Origin: Eledone cirrhosa
Taxonomy: Eukaryota
NCBI GenBank assembly: GCA_964016885.1
Contig: OZ024740.1
Coordinates: forward strand, 104,036,001 to 104,100,000
Direction: 5' to 3'
DNA: 64,000 nt
This document shows, in pieces, positions 54,178-64,000 of this stretch; positions within the stretch are counted from its first letter, which is position 1; every line of letters starts with the position of its first letter. A model generated the notes under the pieces. The model was not told where the DNA came from, searched no databases, and was given only the letters and a program-made list of their open reading frames with translations. A program made the translations under genes and the position numbers.

Positions 54178-57100
54178 GCAGTGCCAGGTGTGGTAGTGTC
54201 AGGTGCAGTAGTGTCAGGTGTGGTAGTGCCAGGTGTGGTAGTATCAGGTGTGGTAGTGTCAGGTGTGGTAGTGTCAGATGTGGTAGTGCCAGGTGTGGTA
54301 GTGTCAGGTGTGGTAGTGTCAGATGTGGTAGTGCCAGGTGTGGTAGTGTCAGGTGTGGTAGGGTCATGTGTGGTAGTGCCAGGTGTGGTAGTGTCAGGTG
54401 TGGTAGTGTCAGATGTGGTAGTGTCAGATGTGGTAGTGTCAGGTGTGGTAGTGTCAGGTGTGGTAGTGTCAGATGTGGTAGTGTCAGATGTGGTAGTGTC
54501 ATGTATGGTAGTGTCATGTGTGGTAGTGTCATGTGTGGTAGTGTCAGGTGCAGTAGTGGCAGGTGTGGTAGTGTCAGGTGTAGTAGTGTCAGATGTGGTA
54601 GTGCCAGGTGTGGTAGTGTCAGGTGTGGTAGTGTCAGATGTGGTAGTGTCAGATGTGGTAGTGTCATGTATGGTAGTGTCATGTGTGGTAGTGTCATGTG
54701 TGGTAGTGTCAGGTGTGGTAGTGCCAGGTGTGGTAGTGTCAGGTGTGGTAGTGTCAGATGTGGTAGTGTCATGTATGGTAGTGTCATGTGTGGTAGTGTC
54801 ATGTGTGGTAGTGTCAGATGTGGTAGTGTCAGGTGTGGTAGTGTCAGGTGTGGTAGTGTCAGGTGTGGTAGTGTCAGGTGTGGTAGTGTCAGGTGTGGTA
54901 GTGTCAGATGTGGTAGTGTCATGTATGGTAGTGTCAGGTGTGGTAGTGTCAGGTGCAGTAGTGTCAGGTATGGTAGTGCCAGGTGTGGTAGTGTCAGGTG
55001 TGGTAGTGTCAGATGTGGTAGTGTCATGTATGGTAGTGTCATGTGTGGTAGTGTCATGTGTGGTAGTGTCATGTGTGGTAGTGTCAGGTGTAGTAGTGTC
55101 AGGTGTGGTAGTGTCAGGTGTGGTAGTGTCAGGTGTAGTAGTGTCAGGTGTGGTAGTGTCAGGTGTGGTAGTGTCAGGTGTAGTAGTGTCAGGTGTGGTA
55201 GTGTCAGGTGTGGTAGTGTCAGGTGTAGTAGTGTCAGGTGTGGTAGTGTCAGGTGTAGTAGTGCCAGGTGTGGTAGTGTCAGGTGTGGTAGTGTCAGGTG
55301 TGGTAGTGTCATGTGTGGTAGTGTCAGGTGTGGTAGTGTCATGTGTGGTAGTGTCATGTGTGGTAGTGTCAGGTGTAGTAGTGTCAGGTGTGGTAGTGTC
55401 AGGTGTGGTAGTGTCAGATGTGGTAGTATCAGGTCTGGTAGTGTCAGGTGTGGTAGTATCAGGTGTGGTAGTGTCAGGTGTAGTAGTGTCAGGTGTGGTA
55501 GTGTCAGGTGTGGTAGTGTCATGTGTGGTAGTGTCAGGTGTGGTAGTGTCAGGTGTGGTAGTGTCAGGTGTGGTAGTGTCAGGTGTGGTAGTGTGATGTG
55601 TGGTAGTGTCAGGTGTGGTAGTGTCAGGTGTGGTAGTGCAGGTGTGGTAGTGTCAGGTGTGGTAGTGTCAGGTGTGGTAGTGTCAGGTGTGGTAGTGTCA
55701 GGTGTGGTAGTGTCAGGTGTGGTAGTGTCAGGTGTGGTAGTGTCAGGTGTGGTAGTGTCAGGTGTGGTAGTGTCAGGTGTGGTAGTGTCAGGTGTGGTAG
55801 TGTCAGGTGTGGTAGTGTCAGGTGTGGTAGTGTCAGGTGTGGTAGTGTCAGGTGTAGTAGTGTCAGGTGTGGTAGTGTCAGGTGTGGTAGTGTCAGGTGT
55901 GGTAGTGTCAGGTGTGGTTATGTCAGGTGTGGTAGTGTCAGGTATGGTAGTGTCAGGTGTGGTAGTGTCAGGTGTGGTAGTGTCAGATGTGGTAGTATCA
56001 GGTGTGGTAGTGTCAGGTGTAGTAGTGCAGGTGTGGTAGTGTCAGGTGTGGTAGTATCAGGTGTGGTAGTGTCAGGTGTAGTAGTGTCAGGTGTGGTAGT
56101 GTCAGGTGTGGTAGTGTCATGTGTGGTAGTGTCATGTGTGGTAGAGTCATGTGTGGTAGTGTCAGGTGTGGTAGTGTCAGGTGTGGTAGTGCAGGTGTGG
56201 TAGTGTCAGGTGTGGTAGTATCAGGTGTGGTAGTGTCAGGTGTAGTAGTGTCAGGTGTGGTAGTGTCAGGTGTGGTAGTGTCATGTGTGGTAGTGTCAGG
56301 TGTGGTAGTGTCAGGTGTGGTAGTGTCAGGTATGGTAGTGTCAGGTGTGGTAGTGTCAGGTGTGGTAGTGTCAGGTGTGGTAGTGTCAGGTGTGGTATTG
56401 TCAGGTGTGGTAGTGTCAGGTGTAGTAGTGTCAGGTGTGGTAGTGTCAGGTGTGGTAGTGTCAGGTGTGGTAGTGTCAGATGTGGTAGTGTCATGTGTGG
56501 TAGTGTCAGGTGTGGTAGTGTCAGGTGTGGTAGTGTCAGGTGTGGTAGTGTCAGGTGTGGTAGTGTCAGGTGTGGTAGTGTCAGGTGTAGTAGTGTCATG
56601 TGTGGTAGTGTCATGTGTGGTAGTGTCATGTGTGGTAGTGTCAGGTGTGGTAGTGTCAGGTGTGGTAGTGTCAGGTGTAGTAGTGTCAGGTGTGGTAGTG
56701 TCATGTGTGGTAGTGTCATGTGTGGTAGTGTCAGGTGTGGTAGTGTCAGGTGTGGTAGTGTCAGGTGTGGTAGTGTCATGTGTGGTAGTGTCATGTGTGG
56801 TAGTGTCATGTGTGGTAGTGTCAGGTATGGTAGTGTCAGGTGTGGTAGTGTCAGGTGTGGTAGTGTCATGTGTGGTAGTGTCATGTGTGGTAGTGTCAGG
56901 TGTGGTAGTGTCAGGTGTGGTAGTGTCAGATGTGGTAGTGTCATGTGTGGTAGTGTCATGTGTGGTAGTGTCAGGTGTGGTAGTGTCATGTGTGGTAGTG
57001 TCATGTGTAGTAGTGTCAGGTGTGGTAGTGTCAGATGTGGTAGTGTCATGTGTGGTAGTGTCATGTGTGGTAGTGTCAGGTGTGGTAGTGTCATGTGTGG

Positions 57101-60100
57101 TAGTGTCAGGTGTGGTAGTGTCAGGTGTGGTAGTGTCAGGTGTAGTAGTGTCATGTGTGGTAGTGTCAGGTGTGGTAGTGTCAGGTGTGGTAGTGTCAGG
57201 TGTAGTAGTGTCATGTGTGGTAGTGTCATGTGTGGTAGTGTCATGTGTGGTAGTGTCAGGTGTGGTAGTGTCAGGTGTGGTAGTGTCAGGTGTGGTAGTG
57301 TCATGTGTGGTAGTGTCATGTGTGGTAGTGTCAGGTGTGGTAGTGTCATGTGTGGTAGTGTCAGGTGTGGTAGTGTCAGGTGTGGTAGTGTCAGGTGTAG
57401 TAGTGTCATGTGTGGTAGTGTCAGGTGTAGTAGTGTCAGGTGTGGTAGTGTCAGGTGTGGTAGTGTCAGGTGTGGTAGTGTCAGATGTGGTAGTGTCATG
57501 TGTGGTAGTGTCATGTGTGGTAGTGTCATGTGTGGTAGTGTCATGTGTGGTAGTGTCAGGTGTGGTAGTGTCAGGTGTGGTAGTGTCAGGTGTGGTAGTG
57601 TCAGGTGTGGTAGTGTCAGGTGTGGTAGTGCCAGGTGTGGTAGTGTCAGGTGTGGTAGTGTCAGATGTGGTAGTGTCAGGTGTGGTAGTGTCAGGTGTGG
57701 TAGTGTCATGTGTGGTAGTGTCAGGTATGGTAGTGTCATGTGTGGTAGTGTCATGTGTGGTAGAGTCATGTGTGGTGGTGTCAGGTGTAGTAGTGTCAGG
57801 TGTGGTAGTGTCAGGTGTGGTAGTGTCAGGTGTAGTAGTGTCAGGTGTGGTAGTGTCAGGTGTGGTAGTGTCAGGTGTAGTAGTGCCAGGTGTGGTAGTG
57901 TCAGGTGTAGTAGTGTCAGGTGTGGTAGTGTCAGGTGTGGTAGTGTCAGGTGTGGTAGTGTCAGGTGTGCTAGTGTCATGTGTGGTAGTGTCAGGTGTGG
58001 TAGTGTCATGTGTGGAAGTGTCAGGTGTGGTAGTGTCATGTGTGGTAGTGTCATGTGTGGTAGTGTCAGGTGTGGTAGTGTCAGGTGTGGTAGTGTCAGA
58101 TGTGGTAGTATCAGGTCTGGTAGTGTCAGGTGTGGTAGTATCAGGTGTGGTAGTGTCAGGTGTAGTAGTGTCAGGTGTGGTAGTGTCAGGTGTGGTAGTG
58201 TCATGTGTGGTAGAGTCATGTGTGGTAGTGTCAGGTGTAGTAGTGTCAGGTGTGGTAGTGTCAGGTGTGGTAGTGTCAGGTTTAGTAGTGTCAGGTGTGG
58301 TAGTGTCAGGTGTGGTAGTGTCATGTATGGTAGTGTCATGTGTGGTACTGTCATGTGTGGTAGAGTCATGTGTGGTAGTGTCAGGTGTAGTAGTGTCAGG
58401 TGTGGTAGTGTCAGGTGTGGTAGTGTCAGGTGTAGTAGTGTCAGGTGTGGTAGTGTCAGGTGTGGTAGTCTCAGGTGTAGTAGTGTCAGGTGTGGTAGTG
58501 TCAGGTGTGGTAGTGTCAGGTGTGGTAGTGTCAGGTGTAGTAGTGTCAGGTGTGGTAGTGTCAGGTGTGGTAGTCTCAGGTGTAGTAGTGTCAGGTGTGG
58601 TAGTGTCAGGTGTGGTAGTGTCAGGTGTGGTAGTGTCAGGTGTGGTAGTGTCAGGTGTGGTAGTGTCAGGTGTGGTAGTGTCAGGTGTGGTAGAGTCATG
58701 TGTGGTAGTGTCAGGTGTAGTAGTGTCAGGTGTGGTAGTGTCAGGTGTGGTAGTGTCAGGTGTAGTAGTGTCAGGTGTGGTAGTGTCAGGTGTGGTAGTC
58801 TCAGGTGTAGTAGTGTCAGGTGTGGTAGTGTCAGGTGTGGTAGTGTCAGGTGTAGTAGTGTCAGGTGTGGTAGTGTCAGGTGTGGTAGTGTCAGGTGTAG
58901 TAGTGCCAGGTGTGGTAGTGTCAGGTGTGGTAGTGTCAGGTGTGGTAGTGTCATGTGTGGAAGTGTCAGGTGTGGTAGTGTCATGTGTGGTAGTGTCATG
59001 TGTGGTAGTGTCAGGTGTGGTAGTGTCAGGTGTGGTAGTGTCAGATGTGGTAGTATCAGGTCTGGTAGTGTCAGGTGTAGTAGTATCAGGTGTGGTAGTG
59101 TCAGGTGTAGTAGTGTCAGGTGTGGTAGTGTCAGGTGTGGTAGTGTCATGTGTGGTAGTGTCAGGTGTGGTAGTGTCAGGTGTGGTAGTGTCAGGTGTGG
59201 TAGTGTCAGGTGTGGTAGTGTGATGTGTGGTAGTGTCAGGTGTGGTAGTGTCAGGTGTGGTAGTGCAGGTGTGGTAGTGTCAGGTGTGGTAGTGTCAGGT
59301 GTGGTAGTGTCAGGTGTGGTAGTGTCAGGTGTGGTAGTGTCAGGTGTGGTAGTGTCAGGTGTGGTAGTGTCAGGTGTGGTAGTGTCAGGTGTGGTAGTGT
59401 CAGGTGTGGTAGTGTCAGGTGTGGTAGTGCAGGTGTGGTAGTGTCAGGTGTGGTAGTATCAGGTGTGGTAGTGTCAGGTGTAGTAGTGTCATGTGTGGTA
59501 GTGTCATGTGTGGTAGTGTCAGGTGTGGTAGTGTCAGGTGTAGTAGTGTCATGTGTGGTAGTGTCATGTGTGGTAGTGTCAGGTGTGGTAGTGTCAGGTG
59601 TGGTAGTGTCAGGTGTGGTAGTGTCAGGTGTGGTAGTGTCATGTGTGGTAGTGTCATGTGTGGTAGTGTCATGTGTGGTAGTGTCAGGTATGGTAGTGTC
59701 AGGTGTGGTAGTGTCAGGTGTGGTAGTGTCATGTGTGGTAGTGTCGGGTGTGGAAGTGCCATGTGTGGTAGTGTCAGGTGTGGTAGTGTCAGGTGTGGTA
59801 GTGTCATGTGTGGTAGTGTCGGGTGTGGTAGTGTCATGTGTGGTAGTGTCATGTGTAGTAGTGTCAGGTGTGGTAGTGTCAGGTGTGGTAGTGTCAGATG
59901 TGGTAGTGTCATGCGTGGTAGTGTCATGTGTGGTAGTGTCATGTGTGGTAGTGTCAGGTGTAGTAGTGTCATGTGTGGTAGTGTCAGGTGTGGTAGTGTC
60001 AGGTGTGGTAGTGTCAGGTGTGGTAGTGTCAGGTGTGGTAGTGTCAGGTGTGGTAGTGTCAGGTGTGGTAGTGTCAGGTGTGGTAGTGCCAGGTGTGGTA

Positions 60101-63100
60101 GTGTCAGGTGTGGTAGTGTCAGATGTGGTAGTGTCATGTATGGTAGTGTCATGTGTGGTAGTGTCATGTGTGGTAGTGTCATGTGTGGTAGTGTCAGGTG
60201 TAGTAGTGTCAGGTGTGGTAGTGTCAGGTGTGGTAGTGTCAGGTGTAGTAGTGTCAGGTGTGGTAGTGTCAGGTGTGGTAGTGTCAGGTGTAGTAGTGTC
60301 AGGTGTGGTAGTGTCAGGTGTGGTAGTGTCAGGTGTAGTAGTGTCAGGTGTGGTAGTGTCAGGTGTGGTAGTGTCAGGTGTAGTAGTGCCAGGTGTGGTA
60401 GTGTCAGGTGTGGTAGTGTCAGGTGTGGTAGTGTCATGTGTGGTAGTGTCAGGTGTGGTAGTGTCATGTGTGGTAGTGTCATGTGTGGTAGTGTCAGGTG
60501 TAGTAGTGTCAGGTGTGGTAGTGTCAGGTGTGGTAGTGTCAGGTGTGGTAGTGTCAGGTGTAGTAGTGTCAGGTGTGGTAGTGTCAGGTGTGGTAGTGTC
60601 AGGTGTGGTAGTGTCAGGTGTGGTAGTGCAGGTGTGGTAGTGTCAGGTGTGGTAGTGTCAGGTGTGGTAGTGTCAGGTGTGGTAGTGTCAGGTGTGGTAG
60701 TGTCAGGTGTGGTAGTGTCAGGTGTGGTAGTGTCAGGTGTGGTAGTGTCAGGTGTGGTATTGTCAGGTGTGGTAGTGTCAGGTGTAGTAGTGTCAGGTGT
60801 GGTAGTGTCAGGTGTGGTAGTGTCAGGTGTGGTAGTGTCAGATGTGGTAGTGTCATGTGTGGTAGTGTCAGGTGTGGTAGTGTCAGGTGTGGTAGTGTCA
60901 GGTGTGGTAGTGTCAGGTGTGGTAGTGTCAGGTGTGGTAGTGTCAGGTGTAGTAGTGTCATGTGTGGTAGTGTCATGTGTGGTAGTGTCATGTGTGGTAG
61001 TGTCAGGTGTGGTAGTGTCAGGTGTGGTAGTGTCAGGTGTAGTAGTGTCAGGTGTGGTAGTGTCATGTGTGGTAGTGTCATGTGTGGTAGTGTCAGGTGT
61101 GGTAGTGTCAGGTGTGGTAGTGTCAGGTGTGGTAGTGTCATGTGTGGTAGTGTCATGTGTGGTAGTGTCATGTGTGGTAGTGTCAGGTATGGTAGTGTCA
61201 GGTGTGGTAGTGTCAGGTGTGGTAGTGTCATGTGTGGTAGTGTCATGTGTGGTAGTGTCAGGTGTGGTAGTGTCAGGTGTGGTAGTGTCAGATGTGGTAG
61301 TGTCATGTGTGGTAGTGTCATGTGTGGTAGTGTCAGGTGTGGTAGTGTCATGTGTGGTAGTGTCATGTGTAGTAGTGTCAGGTGTGGTAGTGTCAGATGT
61401 GGTAGTGTCATGTGTGGTAGTGTCATGTGTGGTAGTGTCAGGTGTGGTAGTGTCATGTGTGGTAGTGTCAGGTGTGGTAGTGTCAGGTGTGGTAGTGTCA
61501 GGTGTAGTAGTGTCATGTGTGGTAGTGTCAGGTGTGGTAGTGTCAGGTGTGGTAGTGTCAGGTGTAGTAGTGTCATGTGTGGTAGTGTCATGTGTGGTAG
61601 TGTCATGTGTGGTAGTGTCAGGTGTGGTAGTGTCAGGTGTGGTAGTGTCAGGTGTGGTAGTGTCATGTGTGGTAGTGTCATGTGTGGTAGTGTCAGGTGT
61701 GGTAGTGTCATGTGTGGTAGTGTCAGGTGTGGTAGTGTCAGGTGTGGTAGTGTCAGGTGTAGTAGTGTCATGTGTGGTAGTGTCAGGTGTAGTAGTGTCA
61801 GGTGTGGTAGTGTCAGGTGTGGTAGTGTCAGGTGTGGTAGTGTCAGATGTGGTAGTGTCATGTGTGGTAGTGTCATGTGTGGTAGTGTCATGTGTGGTAG
61901 TGTCATGTGTGGTAGTGTCAGGTGTGGTAGTGTCAGGTGTGGTAGTGTCAGGTGTGGTAGTGTCAGGTGTGGTAGTGTCAGGTGTGGTAGTGCCAGGTGT
62001 GGTAGTGTCAGGTGTGGTAGTGTCAGATGTGGTAGTGTCAGGTGTGGTAGTGTCAGGTGTGGTAGTGTCATGTGTGGTAGTGTCAGGTATGGTAGTGTCA
62101 TGTGTGGTAGTGTCATGTGTGGTAGAGTCATGTGTGGTGGTGTCAGGTGTAGTAGTGTCAGGTGTGGTAGTGTCAGGTGTGGTAGTGTCAGGTGTAGTAG
62201 TGTCAGGTGTGGTAGTGTCAGGTGTGGTAGTGTCAGGTGTAGTAGTGCCAGGTGTGGTAGTGTCAGGTGTAGTAGTGTCAGGTGTGGTAGTGTCAGGTGT
62301 GGTAGTGTCAGGTGTGGTAGTGTCAGGTGTGCTAGTGTCATGTGTGGTAGTGTCAGGTGTGGTAGTGTCATGTGTGGAAGTGTCAGGTGTGGTAGTGTCA
62401 TGTGTGGTAGTGTCATGTGTGGTAGTGTCAGGTGTGGTAGTGTCAGGTGTGGTAGTGTCAGATGTGGTAGTATCAGGTCTGGTAGTGTCAGGTGTGGTAG
62501 TATCAGGTGTGGTAGTGTCAGGTGTAGTAGTGTCAGGTGTGGTAGTGTCAGGTGTGGTAGTGTCATGTGTGGTAGAGTCATGTGTGGTAGTGTCAGGTGT
62601 AGTAGTGTCAGGTGTGGTAGTGTCAGGTGTGGTAGTGTCAGGTTTAGTAGTGTCAGGTGTGGTAGTGTCAGGTGTGGTAGTGTCATGTATGGTAGTGTCA
62701 TGTGTGGTACTGTCATGTGTGGTAGAGTCATGTGTGGTAGTGTCAGGTGTAGTAGTGTCAGGTGTGGTAGTGTCAGGTGTGGTAGTGTCAGGTGTAGTAG
62801 TGTCAGGTGTGGTAGTGTCAGGTGTGGTAGTCTCAGGTGTAGTAGTGTCAGGTGTGGTAGTGTCAGGTGTGGTAGTGTCAGGTGTGGTAGTGTCAGGTGT
62901 AGTAGTGTCAGGTGTGGTAGTGTCAGGTGTGGTAGTCTCAGGTGTAGTAGTGTCAGGTGTGGTAGTGTCAGGTGTGGTAGTGTCAGGTGTGGTAGTGTCA
63001 GGTGTGGTAGTGTCAGGTGTGGTAGTGTCAGGTGTGGTAGTGTCAGGTGTGGTAGAGTCATGTGTGGTAGTGTCAGGTGTAGTAGTGTCAGGTGTGGTAG

Positions 63101-64000
63101 TGTCAGGTGTGGTAGTGTCAGGTGTAGTAGTGTCAGGTGTGGTAGTGTCAGGTGTGGTAGTCTCAGGTGTAGTAGTGTCAGGTGTGGTAGTGTCAGGTGT
63201 GGTAGTGTCAGGTGTAGTAGTGTCAGGTGTGGTAGTGTCAGGTGTGGTAGTGTCAGGTGTAGTAGTGCCAGGTGTGGTAGTGTCAGGTGTGGTAGTGTCA
63301 GGTGTGGTAGTGTCATGTGTGGAAGTGTCAGGTGTGGTAGTGTCATGTGTGGTAGTGTCATGTGTGGTAGTGTCAGGTGTGGTAGTGTCAGGTGTGGTAG
63401 TGTCAGATGTGGTAGTATCAGGTCTGGTAGTGTCAGGTGTAGTAGTATCAGGTGTGGTAGTGTCAGGTGTAGTAGTGTCAGGTGTGGTAGTGTCAGGTGT
63501 GGTAGTGTCATGTGTGGTAGTGTCAGGTGTGGTAGTGTCAGGTGTGGTAGTGTCAGGTGTGGTAGTGTCAGGTGTGGTAGTGTGATGTGTGGTAGTGTCA
63601 GGTGTGGTAGTGTCAGGTGTGGTAGTGCAGGTGTGGTAGTGTCAGGTGTGGTAGTGTCAGGTGTGGTAGTGTCAGGTGTGGTAGTGTCAGGTGTGGTAGT
63701 GTCAGGTGTGGTAGTGTCAGGTGTGGTAGTGTCAGGTGTGGTAGTGTCAGGTGTGGTAGTGTCAGGTGTGGTAGTGTCAGGTGTGGTAGTGCAGGTGTGG
63801 TAGTGTCAGGTGTGGTAGTATCAGGTGTGGTAGTGTCAGGTGTAGTAGTGTCATGTGTGGTAGTGTCATGTGTGGTAGTGTCAGGTGTGGTAGTGTCAGG
63901 TGTAGTAGTGTCATGTGTGGTAGTGTCATGTGTGGTAGTGTCAGGTGTGGTAGTGTCAGGTGTGGTAGTGTCAGGTGTGGTAGTGTCATGTGTGGTAGTG
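54178..64000. repeat. 15-bp satellite (GTGTCAGGTGTGGTA)n with a 4362-bp higher-order duplication; runs off the window
   Basis: About 650 monomers. Rare variants and 1-bp deletions recur at +4362 (56398/60760; ORF ends 59223/63585 and 59441/63803). Confidence 0.98.

Noticed and set aside
54140-63989. ORFs of up to 1364 aa (VVVSG, RCGSV and LTLPH repeats)
   Set aside because: Translations of a 15-bp satellite that lacks stops in several frames. Recurrent 1-bp deletions switch frames freely, with no coding signature.
54178-64000. Telomeric repeat
   Set aside because: No TTAGGG-type unit, and the variant and higher-order structure fits recombinational satellite evolution.

Overview
Repeat-dominated eukaryotic DNA, probably a coleoid cephalopod such as Octopus (inferred from the SINE/LINE families and TA richness, not verified). 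The only host coding sequence recognised is the 65-bp first coding exon of CaMKII on the minus strand (3919-3855), which the ORF track misses. Bases 1-3854 are therefore intron and the rest of the window lies upstream of the start codon. From about 4.8 to 30.3 kb is a dense array of over 20 retroelement pieces, each separated by an interrupted (TA)n tract. The array holds two RTE LINE families whose reverse transcriptase has an inserted C4HC3 PHD finger, a BovB-like RTE with three C-terminal C2H2 fingers and its bipartite non-autonomous partner, a tRNA/CORE-like SINE sharing the RTE tail, and three Penelope-style palindromes with hammerhead ribozyme motifs (one complete). The 30-52 kb region holds older SINEs, MITEs, a mariner remnant, a near-full-length decayed CR1 and RTE remnants. 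From 54.2 kb to the end is a 15-bp satellite with a 4362-bp higher-order duplication. Most long ORFs in the supplied track are microsatellite or satellite artefacts, or antisense shadows of LINE ORFs.
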